Assembly (NCBI GenBank): GCA_025361065.1
Contig: JANYAY010000143.1
Location: 5,972-69,971 of the forward strand
DNA length: 64,000 nt
From: Deltaproteobacteria bacterium
GTDB taxonomy: Bacteria > Desulfobacterota > Syntrophia > Syntrophales > Smithellaceae
Direction of reading: 5' to 3'
The notes beneath the pieces were generated by a model. That model saw only the letters and a program-made list of their open reading frames with translations. It was not told the origin of the DNA and made no database searches. Below, in pieces: positions 1 to 8,743 of the stretch; positions within the stretch are counted from its first letter, which is position 1; every line of letters starts with the position of its first letter. The position numbers and the translations under genes were made by a program.

Positions 1-32
1 AACATCTTATCAAAACCAAAGGAGGATTCCCG

Positions 33-431
33 ATGAAACTGAAAACCCTGCTCACTGCGCAATGCTTCTATGCAATCCTGGGAATAGGCTACAATGTCCT
101 GAGCTTCCTGTCCGTATCGTCCGGGGGGCAGGCATTCTCGGCCACCGCTCCGCTGACGGGGGGCCTGACCATGTTGCTGTATGGACTGTGTCTGCTGCCA
201 GGCTTCCTGGGATATACCGGCGTCTACAGGGCACTGATGGGCTTGGCCATCTTGGTCTTCGGCTATGGCGGTATCATTAAACATCTGCTCAATTATCCCG
301 GCGGCCTCGATGCCTATTCCTCAATGACGGCCTACATCCTCGCCATAGGCATCAATGTCTTCGGCCTGGTGCTAAACGTGATCGCGGTATCGGGAAAGTT
401 TCGCAATCCGGGTTCCGCCGCTTCCCGATAA
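33..431 (+). CDS. small integral membrane protein, function unknown
   Basis: 132-aa ORF with AGGAGG 7 nt upstream of the ATG. The product is Gly/Leu-rich with about four hydrophobic helices. No family recognised. Confidence 0.55.
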   Translation: MKLKTLLTAQCFYAILGIGYNVLSFLSVSSGGQAFSATAPLTGGLTMLLYGLCLLPGFLGYTGVYRALMGLAILVFGYGGIIKHLLNYPGGLDAYSSMTAYILAIGINVFGLVLNVIAVSGKFRNPGSAASR

Positions 432-452
432 ACAATTATTGTCATGGCTGTT

Positions 453-480
453 CCCGGCGCCAGGCTAATCCACCGCCGGG
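453..480 (+). terminator. stem-loop downstream of the membrane-protein gene (weak terminator candidate)
   Basis: CCCGGCG (453-459) pairs with CGCCGGG (474-480) around a 14-nt loop. No clear U-tract follows. Confidence 0.3.
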
Positions 481-529
481 CAAATTAGAGGTAGAAACAA
501 GGTGATAGCAGATATCAGGGACAAAGCAC

Positions 530-952
530 ATGGAGTTAGAGATTAAGAGCGGCTGTTCCGGAGTAGACTGGAAGACAGTAGCGGAAACATTGAAACTTGT
601 TGGCATGGCATACTACGATTCTGACGTGCACAAAAGAGCATTTGAAGCCAGCCATACCTCAGTATTTGTCTATTTTGGCGACCAGTTGATCGGTTTTGGT
701 CGAGCAATTTCTGATGGTGTCTATCAGGCAGCCATCTATGATGTAGCCGTCATTCCTGAATTCCAGAAGAAGGGCATCGGAACTACAATAATAAAGAATA
801 TTCTGCACAGATTATCTCCCTGCAATGTCATTTTATATGCATCACCCGGGAAAGAAGAATTTTACCGGACACTCGGATTGCGGAAAATGCTGACGGGAAT
901 GGCACTTTTCAAAAAAGCGGAAGAGATGAAGGGAAAAGGATTCACGGAGTGA
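530..952 (+). CDS. GNAT-family N-acetyltransferase
   Basis: 140-aa ORF. The acetyl-CoA binding signature is readable in the translation (VIPEFQKKGIGTTIIKNI, i.e. Q/RxxGxG/A type). Confidence 0.8.
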   Translation: MELEIKSGCSGVDWKTVAETLKLVGMAYYDSDVHKRAFEASHTSVFVYFGDQLIGFGRAISDGVYQAAIYDVAVIPEFQKKGIGTTIIKNILHRLSPCNVILYASPGKEEFYRTLGLRKMLTGMALFKKAEEMKGKGFTE

Positions 953-1144
953 ATTGACCGACGGCAAGCGGCGAAGGAGATAATCTTCCCTGAGAATAAG
1001 TCCAGCCTCCGCCTTGTGAGAAAGCATGACTTCAAAGAGATCGGAAGACTTGAGAAAACAGGCAAGATGACCTATGGTGATTTTGCCGGAACCTGGCGGG
1101 ATGTTATTTTGGTGGAACGGCGCAGCACCGTGACAGGTCTATAA
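953..1144 (+). pseudogene. C-terminal remnant of a second GNAT acetyltransferase, in frame behind the TGA stop of the first
   Basis: My own translation of 953-1141 gives IDRRQAAKEIIFPENKSSLRLVRKHDFKEIGRLEKTGKMTYGDFAGTWRDVILVERR..., ending at TAA 1142-1144. This is the typical last third of a RimJ/PAT-type GNAT (N-x-x-S-x-x-L-x-x-K-x-G-F...D-x-x-L-x-E). It has no start codon or N-terminal half. Confidence 0.45.
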
Positions 1145-1198
1145 GCGAAATTACTTATAATGGAGAACAACAATAAAATTATAAAAGAGTGCTTAATT

Positions 1199-2833
1199 AT
1201 GAAAATGTTTCGATCCATCTCATTATTATTTTTCACCGCGCTTCTTGTTGCTGCCTGTAACAATGCGCCGACAACTGATAACGTTAAGAACCGCGAGGCT
1301 AAAGAGGCCGCTTATGGGGATATCATTGTCCACGGCGGTATTGGCGACGCGAGCAACCTGATTCCACTTCTGGCCTCCGACAAACCTTCCCATGACATTG
1401 CGGGTTTAATCTATAACGGACTTGTTAAATATGACAAAAACATGAATATTGTCGGTGATCTGGCCGAGTCCTGGGATATTTCCAAAAGCGGTTTGATAAT
1501 CACCTTCCATTTGCGCAAAGGCGTCTTGTGGCATGACGGCCGGCCTTTCACTGCCGCCGATGTCCTTTATACTTATCAGGTAACGACAGACCCCAAAACT
1601 CCCACGGCTTATGCCGGTGATTTTCTGAAAGTAAAGAAGGCCGAACTGCTTGATGATTACACCTTCCGGGTAACTTATGACAAACCTTTTGCCCCGGCGC
1701 TGATCAGCTGGGGTTCATCCATTCTGCCCAAACATCTTCTGGCCGGCGTTGATATTACCCGCAGCCCGCTCACCCGCCATCCCGTGGGCACCGGTCCCTA
1801 TAAATTCAAGGAATGGGTTGCCGGGCAGAAAATCGTCCTCGTGTCCAATCATGATTATTTTGAAGGCCGGCCTTATATCGACGGTTACATCACCCGCATT
1901 ATTCCCGATATGGCCACATTGTTTCTGGAACTGCGCAGCCAGGGAATTGACATTTCCGGATTATCTCCGCTGCAATTTACCAGGCAGACAGAAAGCAAAT
2001 TATTCCGGGATAATTTTAACAAGTACCGTTATCTGTCCTTTGCCTACACTTACCTGGGATATAATTTAAAAAACCCGCTTTTCACCGATAAAAGAGTAAG
2101 GCAGGCCATATCGTATGCAATCAATAAGGAAGAGATCATCAGCGGTGTCCTTTTAGGCCTCGGAAAACCGGCAACCGGGCCTTATAAACCGGGAACCTGG
2201 GCTTATAACAGCAATGTAAAAACTTACAATTTCCATCCGCAGAAGGCCAAAGAACTCCTTCGAGAGGCGGGGTGGAAGGATATCAACGGTGACGGTGTGC
2301 TGGAAAAAGACGGCAAGCCATTTGTTTTTGAACTCGTTACCAATCAGGGCAATGAAACACGGCAGAAATGCGCGGAAATAATTCAAAGACAACTGGCAGA
2401 CGTGGGCATCACGGTTAAAATCCGGATACTGGAATGGGCAGCTTTTGTTAATGATTTTATCACCAAAAGGCGTTTTGATGCCGTCATCATGGGCTGGACA
2501 ATCCCGCCTGATCCCGATGCTTACGATGTCTGGCATTCCAGCAAAACAGCGCCGGAAGAATTAAATTTCATCTCTTACAAAAACACCGAAGTGGATGAGA
2601 TGCTGGAGCGGGGCCGCAGTACTTTTGATCAGCAGGAAAGAAAAAAATATTACGATCGCTTTCAGGAAATAATCGCCGAGGATCAACCTTACACATTCCT
2701 TTACGTACCCGATGCTCTTATTATCATTAACAGCCGTTTTCGCGGAATTGAACCGGCGCCTATCGGGCTGGAATACAATTTCATCAAATGGTACGTACCT
2801 CGTGATGAACAAAAATTCGTGATGACACAATAA
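1199..2833 (+). CDS. ABC transporter substrate-binding lipoprotein, family 5 (peptide/nickel/opine type)
   Basis: Long ORF. The likely start is the internal ATG at 1199, giving MKMFRSISLLFFTALLVAAC (lipobox LVAAC). The full-length pattern is DppA/OppA-like (e.g. GTGPYKFKEW, PDPDAYD). Confidence 0.9.
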   Translation: MKMFRSISLLFFTALLVAACNNAPTTDNVKNREAKEAAYGDIIVHGGIGDASNLIPLLASDKPSHDIAGLIYNGLVKYDKNMNIVGDLAESWDISKSGLIITFHLRKGVLWHDGRPFTAADVLYTYQVTTDPKTPTAYAGDFLKVKKAELLDDYTFRVTYDKPFAPALISWGSSILPKHLLAGVDITRSPLTRHPVGTGPYKFKEWVAGQKIVLVSNHDYFEGRPYIDGYITRIIPDMATLFLELRSQGIDISGLSPLQFTRQTESKLFRDNFNKYRYLSFAYTYLGYNLKNPLFTDKRVRQAISYAINKEEIISGVLLGLGKPATGPYKPGTWAYNSNVKTYNFHPQKAKELLREAGWKDINGDGVLEKDGKPFVFELVTNQGNETRQKCAEIIQRQLADVGITVKIRILEWAAFVNDFITKRRFDAVIMGWTIPPDPDAYDVWHSSKTAPEELNFISYKNTEVDEMLERGRSTFDQQERKKYYDRFQEIIAEDQPYTFLYVPDALIIINSRFRGIEPAPIGLEYNFIKWYVPRDEQKFVMTQ

Positions 2834-2875
2834 CCGGCGAGATGATTTAGTTGTGTTCGTTTCGGCGGTTTTTTG
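2833..2875 (+). terminator. rho-independent terminator candidate after the binding-protein gene
   Basis: ACCGGCGA (2833-2840) pairs with TCGGCGGT (2862-2869) with one mismatch, followed by a T-run at 2869-2874. Confidence 0.45.
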
Positions 2876-3304
2876 ACAAAACACCGGTTTATTAATCATC
2901 GGCAAAAGTGCGTCTGGCTGACAGGATGTAAATTCAGGCGTCAGTTTTGCAATTCCCAACAGAGATCATCGGAAATTTTCCAGCGTGTATGCAACGCGTC
3001 GCCTTTACTGCTATCAAGGCAGTAGTTTCTGCTGGGACAAATTGTTCTAAGTCCGGATGCTTTTTCGGAAATATAGCAGCAAGTTCGTTCCGGATCTTGC
3101 CCCTGGGAATATGCCGGGCGCTGCCCATAATTGTTATTGCCTCTGTAGCCGGGAGATTTTTCCGCATGTTGGAACGGCCGTCTATGAGGATGGACATTTT
3201 TTTTGCAGTGACCTTTATGAAATTCAGATGGAAATTGCAAAAAGAGTGGCTTATAAAGAGAAATAATTAATAATTGCTGATTTTCGGGAAGAAGGACTAA
3301 TCTG

Positions 3305-4231
3305 ATGAGAGTCTTCATAACAGGTGGCACCGGTTTTGTCGGCACCAGTTTGACAAGAAAACTCGCTGATCAAGGCCACCAGGTGACAGTTCTTGACCGG
3401 ACTATAAAGGCTGCAGCAGAATTCCCTTCAACAGTCTCTTTTATAGAAGCTGACAGCACTTTCCGGGGTCCATGGCAGGAAAGAGCTGCGGGGCATGAAT
3501 TGTTTATCAATCTGGCCGGCGCCTCAATCTTCAGCCGCTGGAATGAAAAGACAAAGACAGCGATCCGCGAAAGCCGTATCTTGACGACTAATAATCTGGT
3601 TGAAGCAATATCCTGGAACAAAAATACAGACACTCGTCTTTTCAGCACATCAGCGGTTGGTTATTACGGCTTTCATGAAGACGAAGATCTGACGGAAGAA
3701 GTTCCTCCGGGGAATGACTTTCTTGCCTCCGTGGCAAGAGATTGGGAGGCTGCCGCCAACCAGGCCGGAACTTCTCAGGCAAAAGTTATTATCTGCCGCT
3801 TCGGGATCGTGCTGGGCCGGCGAGGTGGTGCGCTGCAGCAGATGCTTCCCCTCTATAAGGCCTGTATGGGTTCTCCCTTGGGCAGCGGCAGGCAATGGTT
3901 TTCCTGGATCCATGAGCAGGATCTTGTCAACATCTTTCTCTTCCTTATTGATCAGCAGGATATTGAGGGTCCCTTCAATTGCACTGCTCCGCAGCCGGTG
4001 CGCAACTCAGAGATGACCCGGGCTATAGGTGCAGCATTGGGTGTGCCCACATTACCATTGCGTGTTCCCGGTTTCCTGATGAAGCTTATTCTGGGAGAAT
4101 TCGGAACTATTCTCTTAGAGGGTCAAAAAGTAATTCCGGGGAGACTGGCAAAGCTGGGCTTTCCATTTGCATTCCCCACAATCCAATCAGCATTGCAAGA
4201 CCTTTTGAAAAGAAATTCAAAGGACAAATAA
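3305..4231 (+). CDS. TIGR01777/YfcH-like NAD-dependent epimerase family protein (SDR fold with DUF1731 tail)
   Basis: N-terminal Rossmann motif MRVFITGGTGFVGTSL. The length and C-terminal region are typical of the YfcH/SDR39U1 group. Confidence 0.8.
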   Translation: MRVFITGGTGFVGTSLTRKLADQGHQVTVLDRTIKAAAEFPSTVSFIEADSTFRGPWQERAAGHELFINLAGASIFSRWNEKTKTAIRESRILTTNNLVEAISWNKNTDTRLFSTSAVGYYGFHEDEDLTEEVPPGNDFLASVARDWEAAANQAGTSQAKVIICRFGIVLGRRGGALQQMLPLYKACMGSPLGSGRQWFSWIHEQDLVNIFLFLIDQQDIEGPFNCTAPQPVRNSEMTRAIGAALGVPTLPLRVPGFLMKLILGEFGTILLEGQKVIPGRLAKLGFPFAFPTIQSALQDLLKRNSKDK

Positions 4232-5178
4232 TGCAGCAGATACGCATCGGCATCAGCGCCTGTCTTCTTGGTCAGAATGTCCGCTACAACGGCGGGCATG
4301 CACTTGACCGCTTCCTGCGGGATACACTGGGCAAGTATGTCCAATATCTGCCTGTTTGCCCGGAGGTAGAATGCGGTTTTGGAGTTCCGCGGGAAACATT
4401 GCGCTTGATTGGTGATCCAAAACAGCCGCGCCTGGTGACAGGAAAATCAGGCGTCGACCATACGGACCGGATGGAGGCATGGGCCAGGAAGCGCGTGGGC
4501 GAGCTCCAGAACGAGAACCTCAGCGGGTTCATTTGCAAAAGCGACTCTCCTTCGAGTGGCATGGAGCGTGTGAAGGTTTACGATCACAACGGAGTCCCCC
4601 AAAAATCCGGCGTGGGCGTTTTCGCCCGCATCTTCATGGAACACTTCCCGCTGACACCTGTTGAAGAGGAAGGCCGTCTCCATGATCCGATTCTGCGGGA
4701 AAACTTCATTGACCGCATTTTCATTTACCGGCAATACCGTGAAGTAATGGAGGAGAAGAAACCCATTGCCGGCCTCGTTCGTTTTCACACCAGAAACAAA
4801 CTTATGCTAATGGCCCACAGCCCGAAGCATCTTCAGCAGATGGGACATCTTGTGGCTCATTCGGAAGAGCTGTCCATAAAGGAACTTCTTCAGCTCTACG
4901 AGAATCTGCTGATGGAAACGATGGCGTTGAAGCCCTCCACAGCGAAGCACACCAATGTCCTGCAACATGCCATGGGCTATTTCAAGAAAAACCTCTCCGC
5001 CGACGAAAAGCAGGAGCTTCTTGATGTTATTGATAAATACCACAGGGGGATTATTCCGCTGATTGTTCCGGTGACTTTTCTGAATCATTATGTAAGGAAA
5101 TATGATCAGCCCTATCTAAAAGAGCAGAGTTATCTCAATCCTCACCCGCTGGAACTCCAGCTGCGCAATCATGTTTGA
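4231..5178 (+). CDS. DUF523 (TudS-like) + DUF1722 fusion protein, YbgA family
   Basis: The start is reassigned to ATG 4231 (MQQIRIGISACLLGQNVRYNGG), overlapping the upstream TAA by 1 nt (TAATG). Motifs LPVCPEVECGFGVPRE and a C-terminal helical DUF1722-like half are present. Confidence 0.8.
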   Translation: MQQIRIGISACLLGQNVRYNGGHALDRFLRDTLGKYVQYLPVCPEVECGFGVPRETLRLIGDPKQPRLVTGKSGVDHTDRMEAWARKRVGELQNENLSGFICKSDSPSSGMERVKVYDHNGVPQKSGVGVFARIFMEHFPLTPVEEEGRLHDPILRENFIDRIFIYRQYREVMEEKKPIAGLVRFHTRNKLMLMAHSPKHLQQMGHLVAHSEELSIKELLQLYENLLMETMALKPSTAKHTNVLQHAMGYFKKNLSADEKQELLDVIDKYHRGIIPLIVPVTFLNHYVRKYDQPYLKEQSYLNPHPLELQLRNHV

Positions 5179-5232
5179 GCATTAACAGGCGGTTTTTCCA
5201 TTGAAATGATCCTCAATTTGTTGCGAATCATA

Positions 5233-5991
5233 TCAGACTTGCGGGTGGGCATAGAGGTCTATGCCTTCCTGGATAAGGTTCCGGACATTCGAGATTAATC
5301 CGTCCAAATTGTCTGCAGAATGTCTTTCCACGGATACAGTTTCGTGAATTACCAGCATGACGCGGCCAGGAAAAAGATCTAACGTTCCGGGCGGCAATAT
5401 ATGTCTGGTATCGATGATGGAAACCGGCAGCAGGGGTATACCCAGCTCACGGGAAAGTATGAAGGCCCCTTTCTTAAACTCGCGCAGGTTTCCGTCCCGA
5501 CTTCTCCTGCCCTCGGGGAGCATGATGAGGGAAATTCCGTTGACCAGAATTCTTTCAGCTTCTTTCAGCTTCTCACAGGCCTCCGTCCTGTCGTTCCGAT
5601 CGATGTAGATATTTCCACCCAGTTTGCCGGCCAGACCGAACAACGGGACATTACGCAGTTCTTTTTTCATGACCCAACGGGTATCGATACCCAGAAAACC
5701 CCATATTACAAAGATATCGAAGGCGCTTTGGTGATTTGCCACGACCACATAGGATTGCTTTTCGACAATATTCTCCCGACCGATGACTTTCACCTGCACA
5801 GGGGTTAGGAAACAGTTAAAACGGGCCCATCGTTTGCCCGCTATTCTGTTGGCTGCATCAGGACCGGAAAAGATCATGATGAAGATACCCAGAATTATGA
5901 AAAAAACGGTCGAGAGCACAAGCAATGGCAAATAGATCAACCACTTGTAGGGTTGGTAAAAAATATGGAGGAGTTTCTTTTTCATGCGCAT
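5233..5991 (-). CDS. plsC: 1-acyl-sn-glycerol-3-phosphate acyltransferase family protein
   Basis: Contains the H(X)4D acyltransferase motif (NHQSAFD), a PEGRRS block and an N-terminal TM helix. The start was moved to the internal Met (MRMKKKLL) to avoid overlapping the upstream gene. Confidence 0.85.
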   Translation of the reverse strand: MRMKKKLLHIFYQPYKWLIYLPLLVLSTVFFIILGIFIMIFSGPDAANRIAGKRWARFNCFLTPVQVKVIGRENIVEKQSYVVVANHQSAFDIFVIWGFLGIDTRWVMKKELRNVPLFGLAGKLGGNIYIDRNDRTEACEKLKEAERILVNGISLIMLPEGRRSRDGNLREFKKGAFILSRELGIPLLPVSIIDTRHILPPGTLDLFPGRVMLVIHETVSVERHSADNLDGLISNVRNLIQEGIDLYAHPQV

Positions 5992-6016
5992 CTGCGAGTC
6001 TAAGGTAAATAGATTC

Positions 6017-6424
6017 TTATGGCATAATCCATTTACCGATGAAAAATGTTGCCGCCGCGACAATTGATGTTAGCGTCGTGCCCCAGAGTATATCCACGAA
6101 TACTACCTTGACGGGCCAGTCTTTCATTGTTGCCAGGTTGGTCAGGTCGTAGGTCGCGTAGCAAAAAAAACCGAAGAGTGCTCCCATGATAAATGCCTGT
6201 TGCAGGGATTTTTTTTCCAGTGCGGGCAGGGTCGCAAAGATCAAGATACCCGCGATATAGAGAAGATAAAAAATCAGCGCGGCAACCCAGTTGACGTCCG
6301 GCCGGAGGAGATGTCCCAGGTTATGGCGATAGAAACTCTTGGCTATGACTCCGATCCAAAGCATATCAATCGCGAAGAATACGGGCAGAGCAAGAAGATA
6401 AAGATAGATAAGCCTCATAATCAA
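6017..6424 (-). CDS. DUF2177-like integral membrane protein
   Basis: 135-aa ORF with AGGAGG upstream and four TM helices. Motifs FAIDMLWIG and YATYDLTNLA match my recollection of DUF2177. Confidence 0.7.
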   Translation of the reverse strand: MIMRLIYLYLLALPVFFAIDMLWIGVIAKSFYRHNLGHLLRPDVNWVAALIFYLLYIAGILIFATLPALEKKSLQQAFIMGALFGFFCYATYDLTNLATMKDWPVKVVFVDILWGTTLTSIVAAATFFIGKWIMP

Positions 6425-6529
6425 TCCTCCTTTTTTTCATGCACCAACTTACATTTCCGCTTATTGTTTCGTCAACATAACAACATTATCAGCTCTTTTC
6501 ATGTCAAGCAATCAAACGGGTTATCCGGA

Positions 6530-7105
6530 CTACCTCGGTCTTTCCACCCAGCGCTGAGGGACTTTCCGCAGCTTTGACGTTTCGTAGCCCTGCACAATCA
6601 GCTCTGTGAAAAGTTTGGCGTAGTCCTCCTCCGCTATAGTGGGCGTGCGGGCCATGATCCATACATAGTCGCGTTTATTCCGGGCAATAATGGTCTGGGT
6701 GTAATCATCATTCAGATAAGTAATCAGATATTCCGCCTTCAAGGGCCAGATAAACTGCATCCGCCAAACGGCGTTACTGGTTTTGTCCAGGATGAAGCCC
6801 CGGGGCGTATAAGTTTTCAGAGGACCGTCAAAATTGTTTTTGCGGAAGGTGAATGTTACGGCAATTGTACCATCTTCATCAAGGCGGTAGGACTCCACGG
6901 CGTTATGCGCTCCCTTTTCGATCCACGTCGGGATACTGGCAATCACGTACCAGTTTCCCTGGAAACGCTGAATGTCAACCGATGCGACAGTCTTGAGCGG
7001 AGGCAGCTTCGTCATACAACATCCTGAAAGGTGGAACGTGCTCAGGATCAAAACAAAACTCACCGTTAAAATCATCTTTATGCTGTGCAAGTAGCTATTT
7101 TTCAT
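6530..7105 (-). CDS. blc: bacterial lipocalin (Blc-type outer-membrane lipoprotein)
   Basis: Lipobox LSGC. Lipocalin signature GNWYVIASIP, with WIMARTP near the C-terminus. Confidence 0.85.
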   Translation of the reverse strand: MKNSYLHSIKMILTVSFVLILSTFHLSGCCMTKLPPLKTVASVDIQRFQGNWYVIASIPTWIEKGAHNAVESYRLDEDGTIAVTFTFRKNNFDGPLKTYTPRGFILDKTSNAVWRMQFIWPLKAEYLITYLNDDYTQTIIARNKRDYVWIMARTPTIAEEDYAKLFTELIVQGYETSKLRKVPQRWVERPR

Positions 7106-7335
7106 AGCTTGCTGTCCAGATAGGAAGGTTGAAGTTTATTTGCCGGTTTAGTTTGTTTTATTCTGATTGTACTGCAATACTACAAGCATTGTTCTGTTAA
7201 TCCCAACCTCGAAAATATGGAGGTTGCTGAATTATCTCTTTTTTTACATATACCATCTTTTTTACGTAAACAACATCAATAATTAAGTTTTGCAACATGA
7301 AAAAAGTGCAACTAAAACCTGCTCCTCGCGGAGGA

Positions 7336-8657
7336 TCAACCCAATAGATTACTCCCTACTCTAGCTGGTGTTTTATCCTTTGTATTCATTCGTTTGATCA
7401 GGGTCTCCAGGTATCTGGACTTTACCTGGCGGCTCGCCATCGCTTGTTTAACGGGGGGCAGTTGGAGGATGACACCGAGAATAGCCGCCATGGCCCGATG
7501 ACTGAAGAAAGCCTGATTGTCGAAAATAAGATTTTGCAGTTTTCCCCTTTCAATGGCCATCACAACTGCCAGATGAACTGAATTCAACGGTGTTATGACC
7601 CTCGCGGAACGTGATTTTAAGGCAATCCGCTTTTTCGGACAGACGCCGGCACAAAGGCCGCAACCGAGGCATATTTCTCTGTGCAGCCGGGCTTTTTTGC
7701 TTTCGGGCTGCGGGGATTATTCGCGGAAACGAGGCTCAGGGCGGCAACGGGGCAGATGTTAACGCACTGGCCGCAACCCGTACAGCTTCCTTCCTGAATC
7801 TGGGGCAGGAAATTTGTCGTATGCACAGGATGCAGAAGGCCGAAACGCCTGGCTGCGATCATAGCCTCGCAGCAGCAGCCACAACAATTGCAGATGAAAT
7901 TGACCTTCTCGCGGACATTGGAACCGAACTGAACCAGTTTTTGATCATAGGCGACCTGGAGCAAATCCAGGCATTCCTCCGCACTAACCTGTCGGGCATG
8001 GCCGTGTTTGATCAGCGATCCCGCCGCCACGTTAAAGGTCATGCAGATCTCTTTTCGGGCGGCACAGTCACGGCCCAGATGCTGCATTTTATGGCGGCAG
8101 TAACAGATGCCGATGGCCCGGAAGGAAGCTGTTTTAATGACTTCCGTGGCCCGTTCATAATCGAAAACGGCAAGGCTGAATTCTTCGGTAAGGGATGGTT
8201 CGTGGATAAATACACGGCCCAAATGTGTTTCTCCCTCGGTAAAAAGAACCTTTATAAAGTCCTCTTCCACATTGAGATACTGATGGAAAAGTTCGCTGAG
8301 CATTTTCTGGTCAATGTCACTGCGGATCCTCATGAGAGAAAACTCAAAAAAACCGGCCATGGGAGGGGGAAGAACATAGGTTTGCTCCCCATCTTCCTCG
8401 ATATCAAGAAGAATTGTCCGGCCGGCCAGATCATCCAATGTTTTCTGAGCAGATGACAGCTTCATTTTCCAGATGCGCGCCGCATGACTTGCCGAAAATG
8501 GTTTTATGGGAAGGAGTGCTACCAGGGCGGCATCTTTTGGGGTGAAGAGGATATTCAGGATTTTATAGAGTGTGTCCGCCGGGGGCGCTCCCTGGGGAAA
8601 ACGATTCAGCCGGTCCACTAGAGCTGCAAAGCCCGTCTTAATCAGGTGATGGGTCAT
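7336..8657 (-). pseudogene. di-cluster 4Fe-4S protein interrupted by a frameshift in a homopolymer run
   Basis: The 346-aa ORF (7617-8657) carries the first CTGCGQCVNICP motif and a Cys-rich CNCCGCCCE block. The second ferredoxin motif (CLGCGLCAGVCP) is readable only in the frame of the downstream 83-aa ORF (7336-7587). The two frames overlap around the T6 run at 7693-7698. Confidence 0.7.
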
Positions 8658-8743
8658 GGCAACCTCGATTTTTCCAGTGTCCTGATTTATAAAACCTGAT
8701 CAATGAAGATATAATACCAATTCGCGCAAGCCGGCCGACATGA

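Noticed and set aside
950-952. Possibility that in-frame TGA codons (here and at 28739-28741) are read through or recoded (selenocysteine, Trp or Gly), because both are followed by long open frames.
   Set aside because: TGA terminates several well-conserved genes in the window at their expected lengths (e.g. the YbgA-like gene at 5178, plsC, and the RibD_C and PTPS-like genes via ATGA overlaps). The downstream sequences are better explained as a foreign GNAT fragment and as GC-rich open frame. No SECIS-like hairpin was evident immediately downstream.
2834-3304. A cluster of mutually overlapping ORFs on both strands (2947-3270 +, 3057-3266 +, 2934-3197 -, 2941-3345 -) in the spacer before the epimerase gene.
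   Set aside because: None has an RBS or a recognisable family, and they overlap each other almost completely. The 87-aa minus-strand ORF has a faint IPRGK...motif resemblance to MGMT/Atl-type proteins. I could not align the rest, and its ATG sits directly on an A8 run without an SD. I treat the region as non-coding or as an unresolvable remnant.
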